Assembly (NCBI GenBank): GCA_029855935.1
Contig: JAGSHN010000030.1
Location: 1-64,000, forward strand
Direction of reading: 5' to 3'
Source: Candidatus Thorarchaeota archaeon
GTDB lineage: Archaea; Asgardarchaeota; Thorarchaeia; Thorarchaeales; Thorarchaeaceae
DNA length: 64,000 bases
Part shown: piece by piece, positions 49,022 to 58,278 of the stretch
Numbering within the stretch: position 1 is the first letter of the stretch
How the letters are laid out: each line of letters opens with the position of its first letter
Program-made: the position numbers and the translations under genes
Notes under the pieces: generated by a model
Told to the model about the DNA's origin: nothing
The model's database searches: none
Seen by the model: only the letters and a program-made list of their open reading frames with translations

Positions 49022-50752
49022 ATGCTGGCTCCTGTGATCAAGGCTCTGCCGTTCGGCATTGCCGTATTCGACAGCGGCGGTAGGCTGCACTTGGCCAACA
49101 GCAGATGGTGCAGGCTCTTTGGAGTCAAGGAACGCGACGCAAGAAGCCTTGTTCTAAAAGACCTTCACGGCGACGGCCCCCTTGAGAGAGTACGTTCCCT
49201 ATTTCTTCTTTTCGAGCAGCGTCCCAGCGAGGAACATGCTCCGATCAACTTGGAGAGCAGCGATGACCACACTGGGCCAATCACGGTATTTCCCTTGCAG
49301 AGCGAAGGCTCCTTCCACGGGCTACTCGTGATGGAGGATGTCCCACGCGGAATCGTCTCCAAGCTGGAGGCAACGTTTAGTGGAATCGTCGGTTCGGCAG
49401 TTGTGGTTCACAGGCCTGATGGTAAGATCGTGTACGCCACTCCAGAGTTGGCGGCAATGGTTGGAATTGGCCAAGATGAGATACTCCAGAAGGACATAAC
49501 AGACCTTGAATATGGCCTCACGAAGAGACGGCTTGCAGACAGGCTCAAGAGACTCAGACAGAAGGGCGGACAGATGACGTTCCGGACAAGGATTGTGAGC
49601 CGTGCTGGCAACAACATTCCCTGCCGAGCGAAAGACCTGTGCCTTGGTGTGGACACAATGAGTCTCATCATCAGTATGTTCACACCAACCCGAGCGCAGG
49701 ACCAGCTTCTACTCCGTCCGGTCTACTCTGAGCTCGCAGGACGTGCCTTCGAGGCCATTCCACTGCCAGCATTCGTGTGGGAACGCGTGAAAGGCCAGAC
49801 TGTGCTGAGGATGTACAACAGGGCCGCCTACGAGTTCACCGACGGCAGGATTGCCAACTACACAGGGTTGCCAGTGGGCAGAATCTTTCCAAGAATGCCT
49901 GAGATTGACAGTGCAATCACGCATACTCTTGAGACCCATCATCCTATTGGTGGTGAGATACCGTGTGCGTGCAATGCCCTCGGGATGAACGGAATCTTCG
50001 TCTTCTCGTTTTCGTGGCTTGCTCCGAAGACCGTTCTCATGACTGTGATGGACATCACCCGCCACATCAGGACGCAACGTCGGCTTGAGCGTCAGACCAA
50101 GGAGCTGAGCGCATTTGCCCATGATGTCAACCACGATGTGAAGAACCTCTTGCAGCAGATACTGATAGAGGTGGACCTTCTCACCGAGGACCACGACCGT
50201 TCTCGGGCCGAGCGCGTAGTCGAGCTTGTGGGCAAGATCACAAGGGTCCTCCAAGAGTCTGTCGAACTGGCAGATGCAGGTCAGATCATTGGAAGACCGG
50301 TGGTCACACCGCTGGAGCGACTTGTCAGAGAGGCCTCAGAACTCCTCGGCCTCCCGCCTCGAGCCGTGAGTATGAACGCCTTGCCGACTGTGAGATGCGA
50401 CCCCTCACGCATATTGAGGGTGTTCCTCAACCTGTTCTCAAACGCCATCCAGCACGGCAAGGCAAGAAGCATTCGAGTGAGATGGTATCCGTCCTCCAGG
50501 CGCCTCACTGTTTCAAATGACGGCGTGCTTGTGGACGAGGAGATTCGCAGGAAGATGTTCCGCGAGCGGGTGTCGAGTGACAGACAGGGCGGAAGAGGGC
50601 TTCTCATTGTCCGACGGATAATTGATGCTCACGGCTGGTCGATACGCCTGCTCGATACAAAGAGGACTACTTTTGAGATCAGGATTCCGGCACACGCAAT
50701 CGTAGATGATAGGAAAAAGGCTGCTTCGGAAGGCGAGCCTGAAGAGAAGTGA
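49022..50752 (+). CDS. Multi-PAS histidine kinase
   Basis: Three PAS-like domains, NHDVKN, NLFSNAIQHG, SNDG, GGRGL. Confidence 0.9.
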   Translation: MLAPVIKALPFGIAVFDSGGRLHLANSRWCRLFGVKERDARSLVLKDLHGDGPLERVRSLFLLFEQRPSEEHAPINLESSDDHTGPITVFPLQSEGSFHGLLVMEDVPRGIVSKLEATFSGIVGSAVVVHRPDGKIVYATPELAAMVGIGQDEILQKDITDLEYGLTKRRLADRLKRLRQKGGQMTFRTRIVSRAGNNIPCRAKDLCLGVDTMSLIISMFTPTRAQDQLLLRPVYSELAGRAFEAIPLPAFVWERVKGQTVLRMYNRAAYEFTDGRIANYTGLPVGRIFPRMPEIDSAITHTLETHHPIGGEIPCACNALGMNGIFVFSFSWLAPKTVLMTVMDITRHIRTQRRLERQTKELSAFAHDVNHDVKNLLQQILIEVDLLTEDHDRSRAERVVELVGKITRVLQESVELADAGQIIGRPVVTPLERLVREASELLGLPPRAVSMNALPTVRCDPSRILRVFLNLFSNAIQHGKARSIRVRWYPSSRRLTVSNDGVLVDEEIRRKMFRERVSSDRQGGRGLLIVRRIIDAHGWSIRLLDTKRTTFEIRIPAHAIVDDRKKAASEGEPEEK

Positions 50753-50880
50753 TTGGACCGTATCCCTCAATGCCCTCAATGGTGGATATGGGTCAAGCGG
50801 GAATCAGGGCCCTCCGAGGACCCTGATTCCGCGAGGAATCGTTTTGTCTTCCCCGTGGCATTGCCAGGGGCGTCCGCGGT

Positions 50881-51120
50881 CTACTTGGTCCTCTTGATGA
50901 ACCAGATGAACTTGCCGTCCTCCTCGTTCATCCCGAGGATCTCGTGGCCGGTACGTTCCGCCCATGCCGGGAAGTCCTTCTTGGTCCCGATGTCAGTGGC
51001 TATGACTTTCAGGACCTGCCCGACCTCCACATTCTGAATCTCCTTCTTCAGCTTCAGTACGGGCATCGGACATCGAAGGCCTGATGCGTCAAATTCTCTC
51101 GCAAACTCGTAGTCGGTCAT
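50881..51120 (-). CDS. tusA: TusA family sulfurtransferase
   Basis: FDASGLRCPMP, VIATD..KDFPAWA. Confidence 0.92.
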   Translation of the reverse strand: MTDYEFAREFDASGLRCPMPVLKLKKEIQNVEVGQVLKVIATDIGTKKDFPAWAERTGHEILGMNEEDGKFIWFIKRTK

Positions 51121-51307
51121 TGTGCATCGTCGTCGCACGCCAGCTGAGCCCTATTATTCGTTTTCGTATGTGAAATGTCAATTTTTGAAATCGTCATCAG
51201 GTGATTGAGTTCGGTTGCAGGCTGTAAGAGTCGCGCCTCCAAAATGTGCTAGTTTCGTCAGACTTATCTGGATGATTGGCGGACTCCGAACACCTAGGTG
51301 AAGAGCT

Positions 51308-51703
51308 ATGGCAGTCTTCCAATTGCTACTACTTGTTCTGGTAGGACTGGCCATCGGGACAATGTTCTCGGGTTTCATGCTTGCCCGTAGAATGGGAATG
51401 TTCCTGATGATGCAGGTGATGATGTTGATGCTGTCGATGTTTGTGGCGTTCGGCGCCCTTGCTGTTGGGCTGCTCCTTCCGCCGCAGGTCCCTGCTCAAT
51501 TCGACCTTCTGCATCTCATCCTGATTGTCGACCTGATCCTTGTGCTCCTCGCTCTGCTGATGGAGTTCGGTCAAGTCGTCCCAATCTTGATGAAGACTAT
51601 GCAGGGCGCACCAATGCACAGCAGCCACATCACAAACCTGCTCGTGCTGTTCTTTCTGCTACTCGGGCTTGTGATGTACTACCCGATCCTAGCAGTCCTA
51701 TAG
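51308..51703 (+). CDS. Met-rich 4TM membrane protein
   Basis: Four hydrophobic helices, MGMFLMMQVMMLMLSM, MHSSH; 15 nt before dsrE. Confidence 0.75.
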   Translation: MAVFQLLLLVLVGLAIGTMFSGFMLARRMGMFLMMQVMMLMLSMFVAFGALAVGLLLPPQVPAQFDLLHLILIVDLILVLLALLMEFGQVVPILMKTMQGAPMHSSHITNLLVLFFLLLGLVMYYPILAVL

Positions 51704-51718
51704 GAGGATGAAGAGAGA

Positions 51719-52081
51719 ATGCCATCACTGTATATCATTGGTCAGTGGGGCCCTGAGGCCGCCGAGCGCTGCTACGGACCATTCGTGACTGGGACTACCG
51801 CTCAGGCACAGGAGATTGATGTCACCATCTTCCTGATGATGGACGCCGTCTGGCTCGTCAAGAAGGGTGTGCCTGAGAAGATCAAGGCTCCGGGATTCCC
51901 GCCCCTGCCGGAACTCATCGACGCGTTTCTTGAGGCTGGTGGGAAGATTCAGGTCTGTTCGAACTCTGCAGAGTTCAGAGGTCTGAGCGAGAAGGACCTC
52001 TATGATGAGCGGATCGAGATTGCCGGAGCGGCCACCATGGTGGACGGTATCTTCAAGCACGACCGGTACATTGCGTTCTAG
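51719..52081 (+). CDS. DsrE family sulfur-relay protein
   Basis: VTIFLMMDAV, GGKIQVCSNSAEFRG (conserved Cys), IAGAATMV. Confidence 0.88.
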   Translation: MPSLYIIGQWGPEAAERCYGPFVTGTTAQAQEIDVTIFLMMDAVWLVKKGVPEKIKAPGFPPLPELIDAFLEAGGKIQVCSNSAEFRGLSEKDLYDERIEIAGAATMVDGIFKHDRYIAF

Positions 52082-52089
52082 GGGATGCT

Positions 52090-52125
52090 GGGCCAATCGG
52101 CCCCTCCTCTATCCTATTTTTCTCG
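52090..52125 (+). terminator. Short hairpin plus T-tract after dsrE
   Basis: gggcc-aatc-ggccc followed by ctattttt. Confidence 0.35.
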
Positions 52126-52420
52126 GAATTGCAGTCGACCCAGAGAAGAGTCTGATTGTGGCGCTCTCCTCAGACCGATGAGCATCTCTGACTCAGAGAC
52201 GATACCCGTCGGGAGTGCACGCCGTTCAAACCATGTTCGTCAGAGGTCACGTGAGGCCTCTGGATTGGGCTGCCAATGATCGTCACTCAGGTCCGTGTTC
52301 TTGACGACGCGGCCACGAGGAGGGTGCTCGCACCGTGTGGAGCCAATAGAAATAGTTGGTGGGACGCTCTTCCGACCCGGGCATAGCCGCGTCAGAGGAG
52401 CGACCCGCTCGGCAGTGCGA

Positions 52421-52654
52421 CTACTTCACGCACTCGAAGTACAGTGCCCACTCGCCGTCATCAATCTCCTCGACACCAAGGAACTTGTTCTTCGTCTTTG
52501 CGATCTCTCTCTGAACAGAGTCCACCGCGGGTGGATGGTCAATCAGGACCTTAAGTACGGTCCCCGGTGCCAGCTTCATCAGAGTCTGTTTCGTGCGCAA
52601 AGCCGGGTAGGGACACACTTGTCCCCGCACATCAAGCTCTTCATCATAGTCCAT
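52421..52654 (-). CDS. tusA: TusA family sulfurtransferase
   Basis: LDVRGQVCPYP, VLIDHPPA. Confidence 0.9.
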   Translation of the reverse strand: MDYDEELDVRGQVCPYPALRTKQTLMKLAPGTVLKVLIDHPPAVDSVQREIAKTKNKFLGVEEIDDGEWALYFECVK

Positions 52655-52682
52655 CTTTCTGTCTACCTCCATTATGTCTTCT

Positions 52683-53723
52683 CTATTCCTTCAGCGACCA
52701 CGCGAGGCGATAGGGATCGCTTGGATCCTCCAGTAGCTCCACAGCACCCTCCTGTTGGAGAACAAGAAGGTGGTAGTGGACCTTCTCGGGTGGCGCCTCC
52801 AGTCGTTGAGCTATCTCGACTGTGGTGGCCTCACCAACGGCCGAGAGTTCGCTCGCAATCCTCTCGCGCAGAGGCCTCTTGACCTCCGCTGGAGTGCGTT
52901 TGGCCTTACGTGCCTGAGATGCAGTGACCCTTGAGTAGTCAGCCTCACCAATCTCGAAGAGTCCTGCCCCCAGTGCCTGATCAAGCACGGCCTTCCCGCG
53001 CTCCGTCAGTGCGATGACTGTCGTATAGCCCTTCTTGCTGCCCGCAAAGCCGCAAGAGATATCGGCATGCGTGGCCACAAAGTCCGTGCAGTACTCGCAG
53101 GGCGTCATCTTTGTGGTCTTGCCGTCATCCGTCTTCCGCATGTTGTTGGAACAGAACAGGCCAATCTTGAGTACACTAATGCCAAGAGTCTCCTCCCAAC
53201 GCGACACCCCACGTAGCTCGCACGGCAGCCCGACCACTGCGAGTCTACCACGCGTGTCGCGCTGATGCCGGATGAGATGCTCCATCACGCCGCTCGGAGA
53301 GTATCTGGTCCCGGCTAGGGAGGGTATGTCGTCCGCCTTCTCGACGACCATAGGCTCAGGTGAGTACTTCTCTCCCGTCACCCCCACCACAGCATCGACA
53401 TCGCCGTTCTCGAGAAGGAACTTGAACAGTGTCGTCACAAAGCCGCCATTCGATGCACTCTCCAAGATCGCCTCGTCTTTGGAGCGGACCGAGACGACCG
53501 CAAGAGGCTCCTCGATCTCAGCGGGTACCTGTTCGGGGTGTGCCTGTGGACAGATGTCAAAACATCGTCCGCAATGGTCGGCACCGCGTCGCAGGATGCA
53601 TTTGCCCGTCAGAGTCGGTACGCCGTCCTTCATTGTGATGGACTTGCAGGTACCAACGCATAGGCCGCAGCCCTCGCACAGGCCGCGGTCAATCACCTGT
53701 TCCTTAAGCAGATCGAAGCTCAC
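52683..53723 (-). CDS. FrhB/FdhB-like F420-binding subunit with N-terminal ferredoxin and C-terminal wHTH
   Basis: CEGCGLC..CGRCFDICP, SNGGFVT, AGTRY, VGLPC, IGLFC, CEYCTDF..ADISCG; wHTH tail. Confidence 0.85.
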   Translation of the reverse strand: MSFDLLKEQVIDRGLCEGCGLCVGTCKSITMKDGVPTLTGKCILRRGADHCGRCFDICPQAHPEQVPAEIEEPLAVVSVRSKDEAILESASNGGFVTTLFKFLLENGDVDAVVGVTGEKYSPEPMVVEKADDIPSLAGTRYSPSGVMEHLIRHQRDTRGRLAVVGLPCELRGVSRWEETLGISVLKIGLFCSNNMRKTDDGKTTKMTPCEYCTDFVATHADISCGFAGSKKGYTTVIALTERGKAVLDQALGAGLFEIGEADYSRVTASQARKAKRTPAEVKRPLRERIASELSAVGEATTVEIAQRLEAPPEKVHYHLLVLQQEGAVELLEDPSDPYRLAWSLKE

Positions 53724-54966
53724 ATGACCACTCCCTGATAACACCCTGTTCATCAGTTGAAAACGAAACGCGGCTACAGCCGTCCTCAGACCGCGCGTGA
53801 ACGGCCTTGATCTCAAGAGGACCCACGCAGTACGTGTCAAAGCCGTTCTTGGCGGACTTCACAGGTCTCTTGAAGCCGCCGAAGTAGACGTTCGACAGGA
53901 CCTCGTTGCCGCCAATAGTCCGAATCTTGTCAATGACGCCCTCAAGCGCCTCGATGTCGTGCTGGTCCAGTGCCGTCAGAAGCCCGTCCTGAGCAGCACG
54001 GAGCTCTGACCGCAGCTCGCGGGTCTCATCACTCACCTGAATCCCTGCTGCAGCCTCGTAGGCCTCGATCAGATTCAGAGCAACAGAGATGCCATAGCGG
54101 CCGTAGATTGTGGCAGCTATCTGAGGTGCCTCCTCAATCGGACGAGCCACCATTATGTCGGCAAGCTCGTCGCCTGTTGATGGATTGCGTCCTGGAAACT
54201 TGAAATGGGAGGCGAGATGAAACCTGAAGAACGTCCCCACAACATCCACCAGCGAGCGCGTTATCTCATCAGGTCTGTCGCCAAGCCGGTCTGTCGCGCA
54301 GTCCGTGGCGACGGTATCCACCTGCAAGTTGACCGCCAGGGAGCCAAAGTACCCGATCATTCGACCGGGCGGGTCGTCAACCATCCCGACACAGCCCCTG
54401 CACGGAGTATCGAAGTCTATGCAGCGCTGGGCACATCTCGCAGAGAGGACACCACTACATGCCAGCCCGAGATTGTTGAAGCATTTCTCCCTGTTCGACC
54501 AGTCAGGCACGCGGATGATCTTGTCAAACTCCTCGTCAGTGAAGTGGCGCTCGCACTCCGAGCAGAGAGGCTGACGTTGAGCAGATTGCCCCTCAATGAC
54601 TGAGAGGAGTTCATCCGGACTTGGCGCACAACCGAGGACTGAGGCCACTGGGGAAAGATATTCGGTCACCGGGACCACATCTGCTCCCTTCTGATTCATC
54701 AGTCCGAATATGCCACCAGTGTACGGACAGGTGCCGTACAGAATCAACTTCTTTCCTCTACTCAGAAGCTCTCTGAGTCTTGCCTCGTCGGACTTTCGCG
54801 CGTATCCGGTGATAACGACAAAGTCGGCGTCATTGTCACTGCCGCTACCGCCGTCAATGAGAGGATGAGAGACAAACTCCACAGAGCTGTTCTTCGCCAG
54901 AGTCAGTAGATCCCACGCACAGCGCTCGCAGCCCCGCAACTGGACAACACTCAGTCTCACCATCAC
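53704..54966 (-). CDS. MvhG-like hydrogenase small subunit fused to a degenerate large-subunit fragment
   Basis: GCERC, GTCPYTGG, GCAP, LCSEC, CF..C..C..C..PCRGC, DVVGTFFRF; then about 155 extra aa. Confidence 0.8.
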   Translation of the reverse strand: MMVRLSVVQLRGCERCAWDLLTLAKNSSVEFVSHPLIDGGSGSDNDADFVVITGYARKSDEARLRELLSRGKKLILYGTCPYTGGIFGLMNQKGADVVPVTEYLSPVASVLGCAPSPDELLSVIEGQSAQRQPLCSECERHFTDEEFDKIIRVPDWSNREKCFNNLGLACSGVLSARCAQRCIDFDTPCRGCVGMVDDPPGRMIGYFGSLAVNLQVDTVATDCATDRLGDRPDEITRSLVDVVGTFFRFHLASHFKFPGRNPSTGDELADIMVARPIEEAPQIAATIYGRYGISVALNLIEAYEAAAGIQVSDETRELRSELRAAQDGLLTALDQHDIEALEGVIDKIRTIGGNEVLSNVYFGGFKRPVKSAKNGFDTYCVGPLEIKAVHARSEDGCSRVSFSTDEQGVIREWSCELRSA

Positions 54967-55367
54967 TTTGCACCTCCGGGACAGGGCGGGGTCTCTGGGT
55001 CGTACTTCCGCTCGAGGATGTCCTCAAAGTCGCCGACAATGGTGTCGCCCTCAGCAGCCCTCGATGTGTACATCGTCACGCAGTCGGTGCTGTATCCCAT
55101 CTCGACAAGGAACTTCTTCACTATCTTGACCCGTCGGAGCGTGATCAGGTTGGCGTCACTGAAGTGGCAGGCTCCAAAGCAGCAGCCGATGACTGCCACC
55201 GCCTCCGCTCCGTTGTTGAAGGCATGAAGAATCTCCCGTGCGCCCGCACGGCCAGCACACGGCACTCTCACTATGTGTATCTCGTCGCTGTATCTCATTC
55301 GTTGGACACCAGCGGTGTTTGCAGCACCCTGGGCACAATTCTGACAGAGAAAGGCCACAATCATCAC
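54963..55367 (-). CDS. mvhD: MvhD/FlpD [2Fe-2S] subunit
   Basis: AFLCQNC, RVPCAGR, GCCFGACHF. Confidence 0.9.
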   Translation of the reverse strand: MMIVAFLCQNCAQGAANTAGVQRMRYSDEIHIVRVPCAGRAGAREILHAFNNGAEAVAVIGCCFGACHFSDANLITLRRVKIVKKFLVEMGYSTDCVTMYTSRAAEGDTIVGDFEDILERKYDPETPPCPGGAK

Positions 55368-57400
55368 TCATCGCCTCCTTCAAGCTCTGCTGCCACGGAC
55401 AATAGCGCACTGACCTCTGCGTTCAGCTGCGAGTCCCTGAAGTTCCGAATCTGGATTGCACCCACTGGACAGGCCGGAACGCACGCACCGCAGCTCTTGC
55501 ACGCAACATCGTTCACCTTCGGCTTCTCCCCCTCGGCCACCGATATGGCACCAACGGGGCACGTCGTCACGCATCCGAGGCAGGATATGCACAGTTCCTC
55601 GTCAATCACAGCGGTGTCCATCCGTTTCTCCAAAAAACCCTGGACAAGGGGTTGTGCAGCAGCCGATGCAGCGCCGCCAGCATGTGCCACCGTCTGGGTG
55701 ATGTCTTTCGGCCCCTGAATGGCCCCGGCCAAGTAGACTCCATCGCGACTGCTGCGGACAGGACCCATCTTGACGTGGTACTCCTTCGCGAAGCCCTCCT
55801 TTGCTCGGAGCAGCTCCAGCTTGGCACTGAGTTTTCCAAAACCCCTCGGCGCGACCATTCCCGCGCTCAGAACAACAAGGTCCGCCTCGATGCACATCGG
55901 CATATGGGTCAGTGTGTCCTCGACCTCGACGCGGATCTTGTCGCCTGTAGGGTCAGGGGTGATGGTCGAGGGACGACCTCGGATGAATCTGATGCCCTTC
56001 TTCTGGGCGCGCTTGTAGTACTCCTCGTAGTACAGTCCTGGTGTCCGGATATCAATGTAGCAGAAGTACACCTCAGTGTCGGGTAGATGGTCCTTGATTA
56101 TGCCGGCATTCTTGATGCCGAACATGCAACACACGCCGGTACAGTATTCATTACCCACCTGATCGTTGCGCGACCCGACACATTGGACGACCACCACGGT
56201 CTTGGGCACTTCCCCATTAGACGGCCGTACTATCTTGCCTTTTGTCAGCGTGGTGGGCGCGAGCATGCGTTCCATCTGTAGCTGCGTTATGATGTCCGGA
56301 TGGCCGTAGTGATAGGCGGTTATCTCCGTCGGGTCGTACTCCTCATAACCGGTTGCAACTACGATTGTCCCGACTTCGAATGTGCGCTCCTCCTTCGTCA
56401 TCGAGAAGTCCACAGCGTCAACGGGGCACACAATGACGCACGAGCCGCAGTCGATGCAGTGCTTCGTGTCCAGAGTGAAGACTGACGGGAGGGCCTGTGG
56501 GAAGGGCTTGTAGATTGCCTTGCGCATCCCGAACCCGTGGTCCCACTCGTTCTCCACCTCGACAGGACAGACGTCTGCACATCGTCCACAAGAGGTGCAG
56601 TTGTCATGTACGTAGCGCGGCTTTGTTGTCACCTCGACCACAAAGTGGCCCATCGTTCCCTCTACATTGGTCACCTCACTGAGTGTGAGCACCTCAATGT
56701 CGGGATGACTCATCACTCCGTTGAGCAGCGGGCTGACCGTGCACATCGGGCACTCATTAGTGGGGAATGTCTTGTTTAGCATCGTCATATGCCCGCCAAT
56801 CGAGGTCTCTTTCTCGACGAGGACCACTGGAATCCCGAGCTCAGCAAGGTCCATTGCCGCCCTGAGGCCAGCGACGCCGCCTCCAACGACCATTGTGCGT
56901 TTTGTGATCGGAATCTTCCTCGTGGCCACGGGCTCTTTCTTCGAGGCCCGTGCGACACCAGCAGCGACCATCCGCTTTGCCTTCTCCGTTGCCGCCTTCT
57001 TGTCATCAGTGACCCAAGAACACCACTCGCGTATGTTCACCTGAGTGTGCATATGCGGGTTCAGTCCGAGATCACTAATGGCCTTGGCAAAGGTCGGCCA
57101 GTGCTGCTCGTACGAGCACGACGCAACGACCGTTCTATTCAGTCCGTGCTCCTTCACGGCCTTCTGAATGAGCTCAATGCCCTGCTTTGAACACATAAAC
57201 AGGTAGTCAGTCGAGTATTCCACGTTTGGCAGATGAGAGGCGAACTCGGCAACATCCTTGACATCAACGACACCCGCTATGTTCTCACCACAGTGACACA
57301 CGAACACTCCGACGCGGGGCCGTTCCTGCTCCGCCGGTTCATCCTTGTTCTTCGCCTTCCTCGTCTTCCTCTGCTTGCCTTTCTTCTCGGACTTGCTCAT
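55364..57400 (-). CDS. hdrA: Heterodisulfide reductase subunit A
   Basis: VFVCHCGENI, GGGVAG, KTFPTNECPMC, two ferredoxin modules, QCVGSR..CTGVCCMFGIK, GPKDI. Confidence 0.95.
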   Translation of the reverse strand: MSKSEKKGKQRKTRKAKNKDEPAEQERPRVGVFVCHCGENIAGVVDVKDVAEFASHLPNVEYSTDYLFMCSKQGIELIQKAVKEHGLNRTVVASCSYEQHWPTFAKAISDLGLNPHMHTQVNIREWCSWVTDDKKAATEKAKRMVAAGVARASKKEPVATRKIPITKRTMVVGGGVAGLRAAMDLAELGIPVVLVEKETSIGGHMTMLNKTFPTNECPMCTVSPLLNGVMSHPDIEVLTLSEVTNVEGTMGHFVVEVTTKPRYVHDNCTSCGRCADVCPVEVENEWDHGFGMRKAIYKPFPQALPSVFTLDTKHCIDCGSCVIVCPVDAVDFSMTKEERTFEVGTIVVATGYEEYDPTEITAYHYGHPDIITQLQMERMLAPTTLTKGKIVRPSNGEVPKTVVVVQCVGSRNDQVGNEYCTGVCCMFGIKNAGIIKDHLPDTEVYFCYIDIRTPGLYYEEYYKRAQKKGIRFIRGRPSTITPDPTGDKIRVEVEDTLTHMPMCIEADLVVLSAGMVAPRGFGKLSAKLELLRAKEGFAKEYHVKMGPVRSSRDGVYLAGAIQGPKDITQTVAHAGGAASAAAQPLVQGFLEKRMDTAVIDEELCISCLGCVTTCPVGAISVAEGEKPKVNDVACKSCGACVPACPVGAIQIRNFRDSQLNAEVSALLSVAAELEGGDE

Positions 57401-58278
57401 AGCTCTACCGCCTCCAGTTTGAAGTCCGGTGCGATCGTCTGGTACTCGAGTCCAATGTCATCCAGTCCCATTGCAAAGGCCGTGAGCTGCGAGATGTGAA
57501 TGACCGGGACGTTGAAGTTAGTCCCGAATTTCTCGTTCAGGCTCTTCTGACCAGTGTCGAACTGTAGATGGCAGAAGGGGCAGATGTCCAGGATTGCCTC
57601 GGCCCCAACCTCCGTTATGGCCGCCATCTTCTCGCCCAACATCTCCAGCGAGACCTCGATGTGACCTGCTCTCACACCGCCGCCCGCTCCGCAGCACGCG
57701 TGTTTCCTGCGGTAGTCAATCAACTCGACGCCGAGTGCCTCAAAGTAGTCTTCAAGAATCGTCGGGTCCTCGGGATCGTCAATCTGTTTGAGGTGGAATG
57801 GCCGAAGGAAGTGACAACCATAGTGGATTGCACCACGCAGACGCACCTTGCGCTTGAGATAGTCCCGAATCCCATAGGGCCCAATGTCAAAACCGAGGAC
57901 CTGAGCAATGTGTTTGACCTCCTGATTCGCCTCGACATGATAGCCGAGATCCGCCAGCCGGGCGTTCACATCCTTTTTCAGCTCCTCGTCGTTCTTCAGG
58001 GCGTGGTTTACCTCGAAGAGTGTGCCGAAGCATCCGTTGCACACAGTGAGGAGGTCTGCACCGTTCGCCTCCGCGATGGCGAGGTTTCTTGCTGCAGCCA
58101 CCATCCAGTCCGGCTTGTTGAAGGAGCGGAAGACTCCGGGTGCAGGACAGCAGCCCGCGCGCTCCATCTCCTTGATCTCGATTCCCAGCTTGTCCAGAAC
58201 AAATCGTGTCGTGGACTCAATGGCGGGATATCGGTTGGGCATTATGCAGCCCAGAAACAACGAGTATGACTGTGCCAC
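57397..58278 (-). CDS. hdrB: Heterodisulfide reductase subunit B
   Basis: FLGCIMPNRYP, CCPAPG, CNGC, HYGCH, CCGAGGG, CPFCHLQFD. Confidence 0.95.
   Translation of the reverse strand: MAQSYSLFLGCIMPNRYPAIESTTRFVLDKLGIEIKEMERAGCCPAPGVFRSFNKPDWMVAAARNLAIAEANGADLLTVCNGCFGTLFEVNHALKNDEELKKDVNARLADLGYHVEANQEVKHIAQVLGFDIGPYGIRDYLKRKVRLRGAIHYGCHFLRPFHLKQIDDPEDPTILEDYFEALGVELIDYRRKHACCGAGGGVRAGHIEVSLEMLGEKMAAITEVGAEAILDICPFCHLQFDTGQKSLNEKFGTNFNVPVIHISQLTAFAMGLDDIGLEYQTIAPDFKLEAVEL

Noticed and set aside
54963-57400. Selenocysteine in HdrA/MvhD, known in some Asgard archaea and methanogens
   Set aside because: Both ORFs are full length with Cys at the ligand positions and no in-frame TGA
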